Shown here one piece after another: positions 9,877-19,031 of a DNA stretch of 64,000 nucleotides; position 1 is the stretch's first letter, and the number at the start of each line of letters is the position of its first letter. The notes beneath the pieces were generated by a model, which ran no database searches, was not told where the DNA came from, and saw only the letters and a program-made list of their open reading frames with translations. Both the position numbers and the translations under genes were made by a program. This stretch comes from a virus: the IMG/VR virus record IMGVR_UViG_3300027387_000003, positions 16,589-80,588 of that record; one strand, 5' to 3'.

Positions 9877-11379
9877 ATGGCATTTCAACGCCCAGGGGTA
9901 TACGTCGAAGAGACACTAAACCCTATTCAACCAGTTGTTGGAGCTAACTCAGACTCTGTTGCTGCCTTTATTGGTGCAGCTGATAGAGGTCCAGTTGGTG
10001 TTCCAACTCTAGTAACATCTTGGAGCCAGTATGTTGCAGCATTTGGTTCTTGGAACTCAGTAGCAAGCAACGACTTGCCACTTGGTGTCTATATGTATTT
10101 CTCAAACGGTGGAAACCAAGCGTACATTGTACGTGCAGCAAACGCTGCAGTTTTAGCAACACGTTCATTAAATGACCGTGCTGTAAGCCCGTCAGCAACA
10201 TTAACAATTGCAGCTAACAGCCCAGGTGCATGGGGAAATAACCTAAACGTTAGTATTGTTAACTCTATTACTACAGGTTATTTTGATTTAATTGTGTACG
10301 CTGGTGGAACAACAGACTCTAACGTTGTTGAGCGTTTTACAGACCTTAGCATGACACTTTCTGATAACCGTTACGCAATTACATCTGTAAACGCTTCCTC
10401 ACAGTATGTAAGACTAACTGACCTTAACTCAGGTAACACAGGAGCTACACGTAACCCAGCAGTAGTAACCAACCAAGCACTAGCATCAGGTTCAAATGGA
10501 AATGCAATTGCTGGGTCTGACTACTCAACTGCAGCAGCTACCTTAGATACCGTTCTACAATCTTTGGTACTTAACGCTCCAGGAGTAACTGCAGCAGCTA
10601 CTGTAAATATTTTGATTAACTATGCGGCTAGCCGTGAAGATGTGTTTGTAGTAATCGATGGTCAAGATACCACCCCAGCTACACAGCTAGCGCTTGCTGC
10701 TACCTATACACCTTCTTCACTTGCAGCTGTTTACTACCCAGCATTAGTAATTGCAGACCCAACAGTCACTATTGGCTCAGCAGCTGGTTTAACAAAAACT
10801 GTTGGTGCTGGAGCTGCTGTAGCTGGATTAATTGCTGCAACTGATTCAGTACGTGGAGTTTTCAAAGCTCCTGCTGGTTTGCAGGCTCGTCTTGCTGGCG
10901 TTGTTTCTGCTCGTCAGCTTACAAATGCAAACCTTGACGCTCTTAACTCAGCTGCTGCTCCAGTAAATGCAATTAAGTTTGTACCTGGTAACGGCTATGT
11001 AGTTATGGGCGCACGTACTCTTAAGGCTGGTTACGTGGATAAGTACGTACCAGTACGTCGCACACTTATCTACCTACGTAAGTCTCTTACAGACCTAACA
11101 CAATTTGCAATCTTTGAGCCAAATGACGAAGCTCTATGGCGTCGAATTGATGCAACTCTTGAAGGGTTCTTAACAGCATTTTGGGCAGAAGGCGGCCTTC
11201 GTGGCGCAACTCCTGACTCAGCGTTCTTCATTAAAATCGATGGGGAAAACAATCCTCAGTATTTGATTGACAATGGAGAAGTGCATATTGAAGTTGGTGT
11301 TGCTTTGCAGCGTCCAGCGGAATTCATTGTAATTAAAATTGGTCAGTTTGACGGTGGAACCACCGTTACTGTGGCGTAA
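9877..11379 (+). CDS. tail sheath protein
   Basis: RPGVYVEE, GVFKAPAG, GARTL, YVPVRR, FEPND, RPAEFI motifs. Confidence 0.95.
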   Translation: MAFQRPGVYVEETLNPIQPVVGANSDSVAAFIGAADRGPVGVPTLVTSWSQYVAAFGSWNSVASNDLPLGVYMYFSNGGNQAYIVRAANAAVLATRSLNDRAVSPSATLTIAANSPGAWGNNLNVSIVNSITTGYFDLIVYAGGTTDSNVVERFTDLSMTLSDNRYAITSVNASSQYVRLTDLNSGNTGATRNPAVVTNQALASGSNGNAIAGSDYSTAAATLDTVLQSLVLNAPGVTAAATVNILINYAASREDVFVVIDGQDTTPATQLALAATYTPSSLAAVYYPALVIADPTVTIGSAAGLTKTVGAGAAVAGLIAATDSVRGVFKAPAGLQARLAGVVSARQLTNANLDALNSAAAPVNAIKFVPGNGYVVMGARTLKAGYVDKYVPVRRTLIYLRKSLTDLTQFAIFEPNDEALWRRIDATLEGFLTAFWAEGGLRGATPDSAFFIKIDGENNPQYLIDNGEVHIEVGVALQRPAEFIVIKIGQFDGGTTVTVA

Positions 11380-11393
11380 AGGAGACCCAATAA

Positions 11394-12101
11394 ATGCCAA
11401 ATCAAGCTAGTATCATAAATCGCTTCTCTACATTAGCGTCTGACCCACTTCGTTCGTTTAGGTTTTACGCGGACTTTGTGCCACATAAGGGACAAGATGT
11501 ATTTGATAAGCGAATCCTTAATCAAAACAGTGCAAAGCTTCCTACCACAGGTAAGTCTGAAGGTTGGATTGGTGGCTTCAGCCAGATTTCTGGTCTAAGC
11601 ATTAATACCCAATCTATCCAGTATCGTGAAGGCGGCTACAACACCACTGTTCATCAGATTCCTGGTATGACCACATTCACACCTATCACTTTCCAGCGTG
11701 GAGTTATCTACGGTAACGACCAAGCTCAAACATGGATGCGCGGTCTTTTTGGCGCAGTGTCAGGAGAAGGTCTTCGTACCGCTACTAACGCAAAGAGCTT
11801 CCGTGTAGATATTAATATCTATGTAATGGACCACCTAAGCGGTCCAGGTGCAAGCGATAAGAACGTTGAAAAGATGGTCTTTAAAGTTCACAACGCTTGG
11901 ATTTCTACACTTAACTACACAGACCTAAATGCTGCTGACGGAGCGATTCTTTTTGAATCTATGTCAGTTGTACACGAAGGTTTGTCAGTTTCATATACAC
12001 AAGGTGGAATTGGAACAACGGGTTCAAGTACAGGTTCTAGCGGTAGCAGCGGCGGTAGCAGCGGTGGCGGCAGTGGTCGTCCTTCTTACCGACCAGTATA
12101 A
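11394..12101 (+). CDS. tail tube protein (T4 gp19-like)
   Basis: DPLRSFRF, GFSQISGL, YREGG, ITFQRG, LVHEG-like motif. Confidence 0.9.
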   Translation: MPNQASIINRFSTLASDPLRSFRFYADFVPHKGQDVFDKRILNQNSAKLPTTGKSEGWIGGFSQISGLSINTQSIQYREGGYNTTVHQIPGMTTFTPITFQRGVIYGNDQAQTWMRGLFGAVSGEGLRTATNAKSFRVDINIYVMDHLSGPGASDKNVEKMVFKVHNAWISTLNYTDLNAADGAILFESMSVVHEGLSVSYTQGGIGTTGSSTGSSGSSGGSSGGGSGRPSYRPV

Positions 12102-12132
12102 TAAAAGCATTAAAAACTAAAAGGAGAATAAT

Positions 12133-12927
12133 ATGGCAGAAATCATTACAGATGCACAGCTAATCGAACAATTTGCAGCTCAGGCAATGGAGGAGCCCGC
12201 GGCGGTCATTAAGACGCGGGCACCTTCAGAGTCAGAAGTAAAACTTCCAGGAGGTCATATTGACCAAAATGGGGAGCTTCACATGACAGCAGAGGTTAGA
12301 GAACTTACTGGAGCGGATGAAGAGGCAGTGGCTAAAGCTGGTTCTTCAGGCAAAGCTCTTAATGTTCTTTTAGCAAGAGGTTTAGTAAAGATTGGACCTA
12401 ACAAAGCTACTAACGATGACTTAGACACATTGCTGTCTGGAGACAGAGATGCAATCCTTCTAGGTGTTCGACGAGTAACTTTTGGTCAAACTACTGAACT
12501 AATGGTTCGTTGTAGCCACTGTTCAGATGAGCACACTACAACCCTAGATTTATCATCTGATGTTCCAACTACTTATTTAAAAGATGCAGTAGAAGATAGA
12601 ACATGGGATATGGAAACAAAGTCTGGGGTAGTTACCGTAGCTCTACCTAACGGTATTACACAAAAGCGATTGATGGAGAACTATGACAAGACTCCAGCTG
12701 AGCTTAATACCTTACTACTATCTGGATGCATTGTTTCACTAGACGGATACCCATCAGTAGGTTCAGGAACAGCTTTGTCTTTAGGCATGGCTGACAGAAA
12801 CAGAATTGTAGATGAAATCCTTAAGCGCAACCCAGGCCCTCGCCTTGGGGAGGTGACCAAGGCTTGTAAGGCATGTGGAGAAGAAATCTTCCTACCACTG
12901 TCCTTGTTAGATTTGTTTCGTCTATAG
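12133..12927 (+). CDS. baseplate hub/tail assembly chaperone (T4 gp26-like)
   Basis: RELTGADEE, GDRDAILLGVRRVTFG, two CxxC pairs. Confidence 0.8.
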   Translation: MAEIITDAQLIEQFAAQAMEEPAAVIKTRAPSESEVKLPGGHIDQNGELHMTAEVRELTGADEEAVAKAGSSGKALNVLLARGLVKIGPNKATNDDLDTLLSGDRDAILLGVRRVTFGQTTELMVRCSHCSDEHTTTLDLSSDVPTTYLKDAVEDRTWDMETKSGVVTVALPNGITQKRLMENYDKTPAELNTLLLSGCIVSLDGYPSVGSGTALSLGMADRNRIVDEILKRNPGPRLGEVTKACKACGEEIFLPLSLLDLFRL

Positions 12928-13072
12928 CGAAGCTGATTACGAAGAACTGTTAGACCAGTTTGAAGTTCTCACAAGAACTTTTACGGGTTGGACACTTTCA
13001 GACATACGTGCACTATCAGTTAGAGAAAGAGCTAACTGGATGGAGCGCTCTAAGAGAACGGTTAGGAGGTAA
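12911..13072 (+). CDS. second tail chaperone module (gp51/gpE'-like), no start codon, probably made by +1 frameshift
   Basis: Open frame encodes YEELLDQFEVLTRTFTGWTLSDIRALSVRERANW; fills the gap between chaperone and tape measure. Confidence 0.65.
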   Translation: MCFVYSEADYEELLDQFEVLTRTFTGWTLSDIRALSVRERANWMERSKRTVRR

Positions 13073-13077
13073 GGCAG

Positions 13078-15312
13078 TTGCTTAATTTACCAAGCGGTAA
13101 AGCTGGCTCGGTTATCTCTGATATTGCATCAGGTATATCCCAGTTAAGACAACAGATGCAGGGTCTTAAACAAGACACTAGCGGATGGGTAAACACCTTA
13201 GGCGGAGCCACCTCTAAATTCGGTTCAACTGCTGGGGGAGCTACTAACCAAGTAGCGCCATACCCAAAATTTAGCGTTGACGCTGACGGTGTTGTTAATT
13301 ACCAGGGAACAACAAGCGGTAATACAGGCCTAGTTTTTCAGCAGAATGCTTTACAACCTTACGTTAATCCAACCTATGCAGCGCCACCACCAACTGGAAG
13401 AACACCTTCGGGTGGCGGGGGTGATTATCGAGCTGCCATGGCTGCGGGAGCACTTGGTGGTATGCAGGCAATGCCTGGTACAAAAGAGTCTGTTGATTAT
13501 CAGCTTGCTCTTAGTCGTATGGTTTTTTACCAGCAAGCTCCTAACGCAACTGCTGGTAGTGGAAGTATCTTTAGTCGCCTTGGTATAGGTAAGGGTGACC
13601 CAGGAAGAGCTGGCGCACGTATTGCTGCAGAGCAACTGATGGCTGGTGGAACTGCAACTAATAAATTTGATGCGGTTAATGCTTACGCTACAGCAGCTCA
13701 GTACGGTTTGTCTGGACCTAACATGCAACAGATGATGATGGGCAATGCTGCTATGTCTAACCTTACTCCTGGTATTGGACTTGAAGGTTCCACACGTGCC
13801 TACGGAGCTATGCAGCAAGCGCGTAACGTTAACATGCTTCGCGGTATTGGTATCAAGATTCGTGGTGAAGATGGTTCTATGAAACCTATGCCACAAATCA
13901 TTGATGAGATTTGGCGCAAGCTTAACCGTGAAAAAATTGGTGGAGCTGCCCTTAGCGTAGAAGATGTTCGTATCTCTTTACAGCCTGGTAATGCTCTTGC
14001 TTCTATGCTTGACCAGTACTTTGGCAATGACCCACTACTTCGTAAGCAAGTAGAGGATGGTCTTATCTTTAAAGCTCGTACTGGTGGCGGAGCCATCAAG
14101 AGCGGTGCGGAAGGTAAACGAGCAGCTGAACAAGCTGGTGCTACTACTGCCGCTGTATCATCTTTGTCTAATAGAACTGCAGAAGCATCTAAAACGCTTG
14201 GTCAAACAGCTGATGCTAACGCTGCTGGGTTTACTCAAGCTAACAATGTTATTAAAACTATAACTGGAATTGTAAATCTTTTTGATAGAATTACTGGAGT
14301 ACTAAAGCTAAGCGGGCTCTTTAAAGGATTTGCAGACACTATTGCAAGTGCTGGAAACTTTGCATTTGCTGGCCCAGCTGGAGTTGTCAGTGCTCTTGGA
14401 GGATTGTTTAAAGCCGAGGGTGGACCCGTAGCAGGAAAGTCTCCGTACATTGTAGGTGAGCGTGGACCTGAGCTCTTTGTTCCTAAGACTGACGGAAAGA
14501 TTGTTCCTAACCACGAGCTAGCAAACTACCCGTTCCGTGCTGGTGGCGGTGGCGTAAAAGCTGGGGGATATGGACTAGGGGATAAATCTAGCCCAGAAGA
14601 TTGGGCTAAAGCAATGCTAAGAGCTTTGGGTGCCCCAGAAAAACAAGACTCTATTGATGCTCTAAAGACCTGGGCTAGATTTGAGGGTGGACACTTTTCA
14701 AACAACGGAAACCACGGAGCTAGATTTAATCCATTAAATACAAGTTTGAAACTCCCAGGCTCTGGCCCTATGAGCGAGAAGAATAAACTTGTTCAAAGAT
14801 ATCAAAACTGGGACCAAGGTATTGACGCTGCTGTAAAAACTCTTACAGGAAACAGGGCAGATGAACGTGGTTACTCTGCAATTGTTGAAGCACTTCGCAA
14901 GGGTGCCGATAAAGATGCAATCCTTGCTGCAGTAAATAAATCTGCTTGGGTACATGGAGAAGGAAAAAATAGTAACTACAAGTTTGCAGGCTCTAGCTCT
15001 AAGTATGATGTTGACTTTAAACCTGGTAGTAGCTCAACAGTGTTTAATAACGGAAACAGCGAAAGCAGCGGAAGAGTAACTTTGCGCTCTTTGATGGAAA
15101 GAGAAAAAGAAAGTACAAAAACTTTGCTAGCTGATTTAACAAAAAATATGGGAGAGTTCAATAAGAGCTCAAGCGCGTCTACTGGTCACACCTATAACTA
15201 TGGGGGAGTTCAAATTAAGATTGATGGAAGTACTAACCCTAACGATACTGCTGCAGCTCTGAAGGCAGCTTTATCAAGTCAAGATACTATTTCAAAGGCG
15301 GCTAAATTCTAA
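13078..15312 (+). CDS. tape measure protein with probable C-terminal muralytic domain
   Basis: Ala/Gly-rich helical, AEGGPV..YIVGERGPELFVP motif, WARFEGG..FNPLNT lysozyme-like segment; GGAGGT RBS. Confidence 0.8.
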   Translation: MLNLPSGKAGSVISDIASGISQLRQQMQGLKQDTSGWVNTLGGATSKFGSTAGGATNQVAPYPKFSVDADGVVNYQGTTSGNTGLVFQQNALQPYVNPTYAAPPPTGRTPSGGGGDYRAAMAAGALGGMQAMPGTKESVDYQLALSRMVFYQQAPNATAGSGSIFSRLGIGKGDPGRAGARIAAEQLMAGGTATNKFDAVNAYATAAQYGLSGPNMQQMMMGNAAMSNLTPGIGLEGSTRAYGAMQQARNVNMLRGIGIKIRGEDGSMKPMPQIIDEIWRKLNREKIGGAALSVEDVRISLQPGNALASMLDQYFGNDPLLRKQVEDGLIFKARTGGGAIKSGAEGKRAAEQAGATTAAVSSLSNRTAEASKTLGQTADANAAGFTQANNVIKTITGIVNLFDRITGVLKLSGLFKGFADTIASAGNFAFAGPAGVVSALGGLFKAEGGPVAGKSPYIVGERGPELFVPKTDGKIVPNHELANYPFRAGGGGVKAGGYGLGDKSSPEDWAKAMLRALGAPEKQDSIDALKTWARFEGGHFSNNGNHGARFNPLNTSLKLPGSGPMSEKNKLVQRYQNWDQGIDAAVKTLTGNRADERGYSAIVEALRKGADKDAILAAVNKSAWVHGEGKNSNYKFAGSSSKYDVDFKPGSSSTVFNNGNSESSGRVTLRSLMEREKESTKTLLADLTKNMGEFNKSSSASTGHTYNYGGVQIKIDGSTNPNDTAAALKAALSSQDTISKAAKF

Positions 15313-16481
15313 TGGCTGGACTATTTAAAAGACCGACTCCAAATAAAAAAACTTCTGCTGTAGCACCAAAGCCACCTAATGTTGGTGCAAGCGTTGGTAG
15401 AGGCTACCAACGCTTTGGTCAAAACCCTGGTATTAACACTAACCCGTCCCCAGCTGGGCCTGCGCAACCTAGAGGAAACACAACCATAAAAGACCCTGTA
15501 ACTAAAATAAAACAGGACCCACCAAAAAACAAAAATACAAGAGGCTCAACTATAACTGCGAGAAATCGCAAGTCTCGTCCTGACCTAGATACTAATTGGA
15601 ACTTACCGCCTTGCGCTGCAAGCCTTCCAGTAAGAGCTGTAGAGGTAGTTGGTTACGAAACCGTTTTTAGTCAAGACTTAGCTAGCATGCATAGATACCG
15701 CAGAGGAGCTATTTGGTTTTACGACACTGGTGCAGGCGTATCTAGTGTGGACAGTTCTGGTAACGTGCAGAATGCTGGCGACGCTGTTGAGGAGAAATAC
15801 TCCGAAGATAAAGTCGCTAAACTTGGCTCAAAAGATAAAGACAAGATTCCTGAAAATGCATACGGTAAATATGGTTTTCAATTCTTATGGAATCCAGACC
15901 AGATTCAAGTATCTGTTGCTCGAAACATGGATGTAACTCCATCTAATGCTGACCGTTTACGCGGTGTGGCTGGAGCGTTTCCTGGACAAGAGTCTTTATC
16001 TTTTACTATTATTTTAGATAGAGTTAATGATTTTGCGTTGTTTAATCGTGCTGCTAATGGTGGAGCTGAAAAAGGCTCTAGAGTTGCTTACCCAACTTAC
16101 AGCAAAGAACTATTAAAACAGTATAAATACGGATTAGATGTTGAAGGTTCAGCAACAGAGTCTAAGGTTAAAAAGCTTTATGACCTACATACATATGGAA
16201 CTATGGCTGATTTAGAATACCTATTTAAATGTATTAATGGAACAGGTACAAACGCGGGTTCGTGGAAAACTCTTTTAGGTAAAGAGACCGCGGATATTGG
16301 ATTCTTGTCTCCAACTTTATTAGCTTTTAGATTTGGAGAAAACGCAAAGACAGCGCTTTCTTATGTTGGTTGGATTACAAACCTGTCTATTAGCCATACG
16401 ATGTTTACAGAAGAAATGATTCCTATCCGTACCTCAGTTAGCTTTAGTGTTGACTGTTTTGCTGGTTCTACAATTATCTAG
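15312..16481 (+). CDS. baseplate tube initiator (CIS tube-like)
   Basis: FQFLWNP...ITNLSISHTMF..MIPIR motif. Confidence 0.7.
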   Translation: MAGLFKRPTPNKKTSAVAPKPPNVGASVGRGYQRFGQNPGINTNPSPAGPAQPRGNTTIKDPVTKIKQDPPKNKNTRGSTITARNRKSRPDLDTNWNLPPCAASLPVRAVEVVGYETVFSQDLASMHRYRRGAIWFYDTGAGVSSVDSSGNVQNAGDAVEEKYSEDKVAKLGSKDKDKIPENAYGKYGFQFLWNPDQIQVSVARNMDVTPSNADRLRGVAGAFPGQESLSFTIILDRVNDFALFNRAANGGAEKGSRVAYPTYSKELLKQYKYGLDVEGSATESKVKKLYDLHTYGTMADLEYLFKCINGTGTNAGSWKTLLGKETADIGFLSPTLLAFRFGENAKTALSYVGWITNLSISHTMFTEEMIPIRTSVSFSVDCFAGSTII

Positions 16482-16489
16482 GAGGCGTT

Positions 16490-16771
16490 GTGACTATTTA
16501 TTCAGGTTCTAGGTACGAGTACTCTCTTATTGATTTCTTTTCAACAAAAGAAAACGGGGATGAGAACCCAACTGTTTTTTACACAATGACTGACTTAGGC
16601 GTAGTTACATACGCTTCACATTATTATTTGGACGGTGAAAGGTTAGATACCCTAGCTTATAAGTACTACAAAACTCCATCGTTTTGGTGGGTAATTGCTG
16701 AGTTTAATCCAGAGATAAAAGACTTTACAAACATTCCAACTGGAACAATACTTAGGATTCCTAGTGTTTAG
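16490..16771 (+). CDS. LysM/tail X-like baseplate protein
   Basis: GERLDTLAYKYY..WWVIAEFNP..GTILRIP. Confidence 0.85.
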   Translation: MTIYSGSRYEYSLIDFFSTKENGDENPTVFYTMTDLGVVTYASHYYLDGERLDTLAYKYYKTPSFWWVIAEFNPEIKDFTNIPTGTILRIPSV

Positions 16772-18095
16772 TTATATCTCAGTTAACTTTGAAGACTCTG
16801 TAGATTTTCCTAAAAGAGTATACAGCGCTACTTTGTATCAAAAAAACTATGAGCATGAAATGATGAGCATCATGTTTAGAGATTGGGATGTTGACTACGA
16901 CGTTGTAAAACCAGGGTCACCCGTATCTGTTAGCATTAAGGGAGCAACCTCTAGAAGAAATTTTTACGGGTACATTCATCACATTGAACCTAATAGAACT
17001 CCTGGAACTGCATTTACAGAAGTTGTTTTAATTGGTGGTTCTTTTCCTTTAAAGCAAGCTTCTCAAAAAGTTTATAGGGACCACACAGCTGACCAGGTGG
17101 TTAGAGACCTTGCTTCAAAGCACGGGCTTACTTATTACGGGGTGCCTCACCCACGTGTTTTTGAACAAATTTCACACACTGGAAGTACCGATTGGCAGAT
17201 GTTGGTACGACTAGCTAAACAAATTGGTTACACAATTAGAACCCAAAACACAGAGATTTACTTTGAACCTATGATGGAAGACTTTAAAAACTATAGAAGT
17301 GAAGCTTCTACACTTGTAATGAGAGACGAAAGCAGCACTGATGGGTCTAACCTGTACAGCTTCAAACCCATTATTAGTGAGTCAATATCATTTGATGGGG
17401 ACGACATGAAGGCTGCTCATGCAGTGCAGGGAGTGGACAGACTAGCAAAGTCTCCAATATCTATTACTAAACAAAAGCGACCTGCTAAAACAAAAGCTAT
17501 AACTCAATTTGAAATGTTTGACCGTTTTAATACAGCAATTGTTGCTCCTAATGCTGAGATAGCTGCGTATGAAGCCGAAGCGGCAGACCTACGTGCCTCT
17601 TTTCCATATAGAGCTTCTGCTATTGCTCTTGGAGAACCAGACCTACGACCTAACATGCCTGTATACCTAGAAGGCATTGGCTCTACTTACAGCGGTTACT
17701 GGGTAATCCTTAGTACTCAGCATAAGTTCATTGAAACAGAAACTAACGTATTTTCTTATGTAACTGAGTTATCTCTAGGTACAGACTCTTTAGGTAAAGC
17801 TGTAAGTTTTGGCGGGTCTTTGGTATCAGTGCCACCATCAACTAAGATAAGAAAAATTGACCCTGGAATTAAACAAACTAAAGTGGTTCCAAAGTCTAAA
17901 ATAATAAAAAATAACGTTGTATCAAATAAACGTAATACGGTAAGCTTTGGTAAGATAGGAAACAGAGCAAAACCAGTGGCTGGTGTTAGAGCCCCTTCTT
18001 TATGGAAAACAACAGCACCTGTTAAAAAGGTGACGTTTGTAGAGAAAAGAAGACCTCAAACGATTACTACAAGATTGCAAAAGAAAGCTAATTAA
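16764..18095 (+). CDS. baseplate hub protein (gpD/gp27-like)
   Basis: TDWQMLVRLAKQIG, GEPDLRP..YSGYW motifs. Confidence 0.8.
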   Translation: MFSYISVNFEDSVDFPKRVYSATLYQKNYEHEMMSIMFRDWDVDYDVVKPGSPVSVSIKGATSRRNFYGYIHHIEPNRTPGTAFTEVVLIGGSFPLKQASQKVYRDHTADQVVRDLASKHGLTYYGVPHPRVFEQISHTGSTDWQMLVRLAKQIGYTIRTQNTEIYFEPMMEDFKNYRSEASTLVMRDESSTDGSNLYSFKPIISESISFDGDDMKAAHAVQGVDRLAKSPISITKQKRPAKTKAITQFEMFDRFNTAIVAPNAEIAAYEAEAADLRASFPYRASAIALGEPDLRPNMPVYLEGIGSTYSGYWVILSTQHKFIETETNVFSYVTELSLGTDSLGKAVSFGGSLVSVPPSTKIRKIDPGIKQTKVVPKSKIIKNNVVSNKRNTVSFGKIGNRAKPVAGVRAPSLWKTTAPVKKVTFVEKRRPQTITTRLQKKAN

Positions 18096-18628
18096 TGGAT
18101 GAGTTAAAGTTCTACGGTATCTATCAAGGTATCTGCGCTGACGTTGACGACCCAGAAAACGATAGCCGTATCAAGCTTCAAGTTCCCCAGGTTATGGGGC
18201 AGGAGATTACTGAGTGGGCTAGACCATGCCTTCCAGTAATTGCTAACTCTAACCACCCTGACCATAAAAAGCACTTGGCGGCTGAGGTAGCTGCCCTGCT
18301 TAATGCTCATGGAGACCACTCAGTTTCGGTATCAGGTACTACAGGTGGAGCAACGGTAAGCACCTTTGGTTCCCACACTCATACCTTCAGCGCTACCCAG
18401 ACTTTAACTCATACTAATAACCACACAGGTAACAGCCTTAGCCTTGACCATGAGCACGAAACTGCCGAGGATAAAGACGAAAAATGGAATGATGACCAAG
18501 AGACAAACCAGACTCCTGAGCATACACCCCATAGACTTGTACCTAGAGTTGGTCAAAAAGTATGGGTTATGTTTATAGGCGGAGACCCTAATTATCCAGT
18601 ATGGATGGGAGTTGAGTTAGATGGCTGA
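18095..18628 (+). CDS. baseplate spike (gp5/gpV OB-fold) with His-rich insertion
   Basis: GIY.G...DP...RIK..VP..WARPC and VP.VG..VWV.F.GGDP..PVW.G halves. Confidence 0.8.
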   Translation: MDELKFYGIYQGICADVDDPENDSRIKLQVPQVMGQEITEWARPCLPVIANSNHPDHKKHLAAEVAALLNAHGDHSVSVSGTTGGATVSTFGSHTHTFSATQTLTHTNNHTGNSLSLDHEHETAEDKDEKWNDDQETNQTPEHTPHRLVPRVGQKVWVMFIGGDPNYPVWMGVELDG

Positions 18629-19031
18629 ACAACGCGCTATATCCCTGCCCTTCTCCTTTAATAGTGCTGGAGAAATTTCTTACACAACAGACTTGAAAAA
18701 GATTATTCAAGACAGAGTAGTTTTAGCTGTAATGACTAGCTTTGATGAAAGAGTAATGAGACCGACCTACGGTTCTTATGTTCATAGAGCGGCTTTTGAA
18801 AATGAAAATGACGCAATTGCTAATGTGGAAAATGCCGTTTCAGGATGTTTTACTACATGGTTTCCATACCTTACATTAATTAGCGTTAACCCAACTGTTA
18901 CAGATAATGGGTTAGAGTTTGAAGTATTTTATAATATGGGTGGCGACAGCATTATCCAAGATTTAAACATAAAAACAGACTTGCTTACAAGAGCAGGGGA
19001 AATTATAAGGGAGATACCAACAAATGGCTGA
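18621..19031 (+). CDS. baseplate wedge / sheath initiator (gp25/GPW)
   Basis: ISLPF, ERVMRPTYG. Confidence 0.9.
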   Translation: MAEQRAISLPFSFNSAGEISYTTDLKKIIQDRVVLAVMTSFDERVMRPTYGSYVHRAAFENENDAIANVENAVSGCFTTWFPYLTLISVNPTVTDNGLEFEVFYNMGGDSIIQDLNIKTDLLTRAGEIIREIPTNG

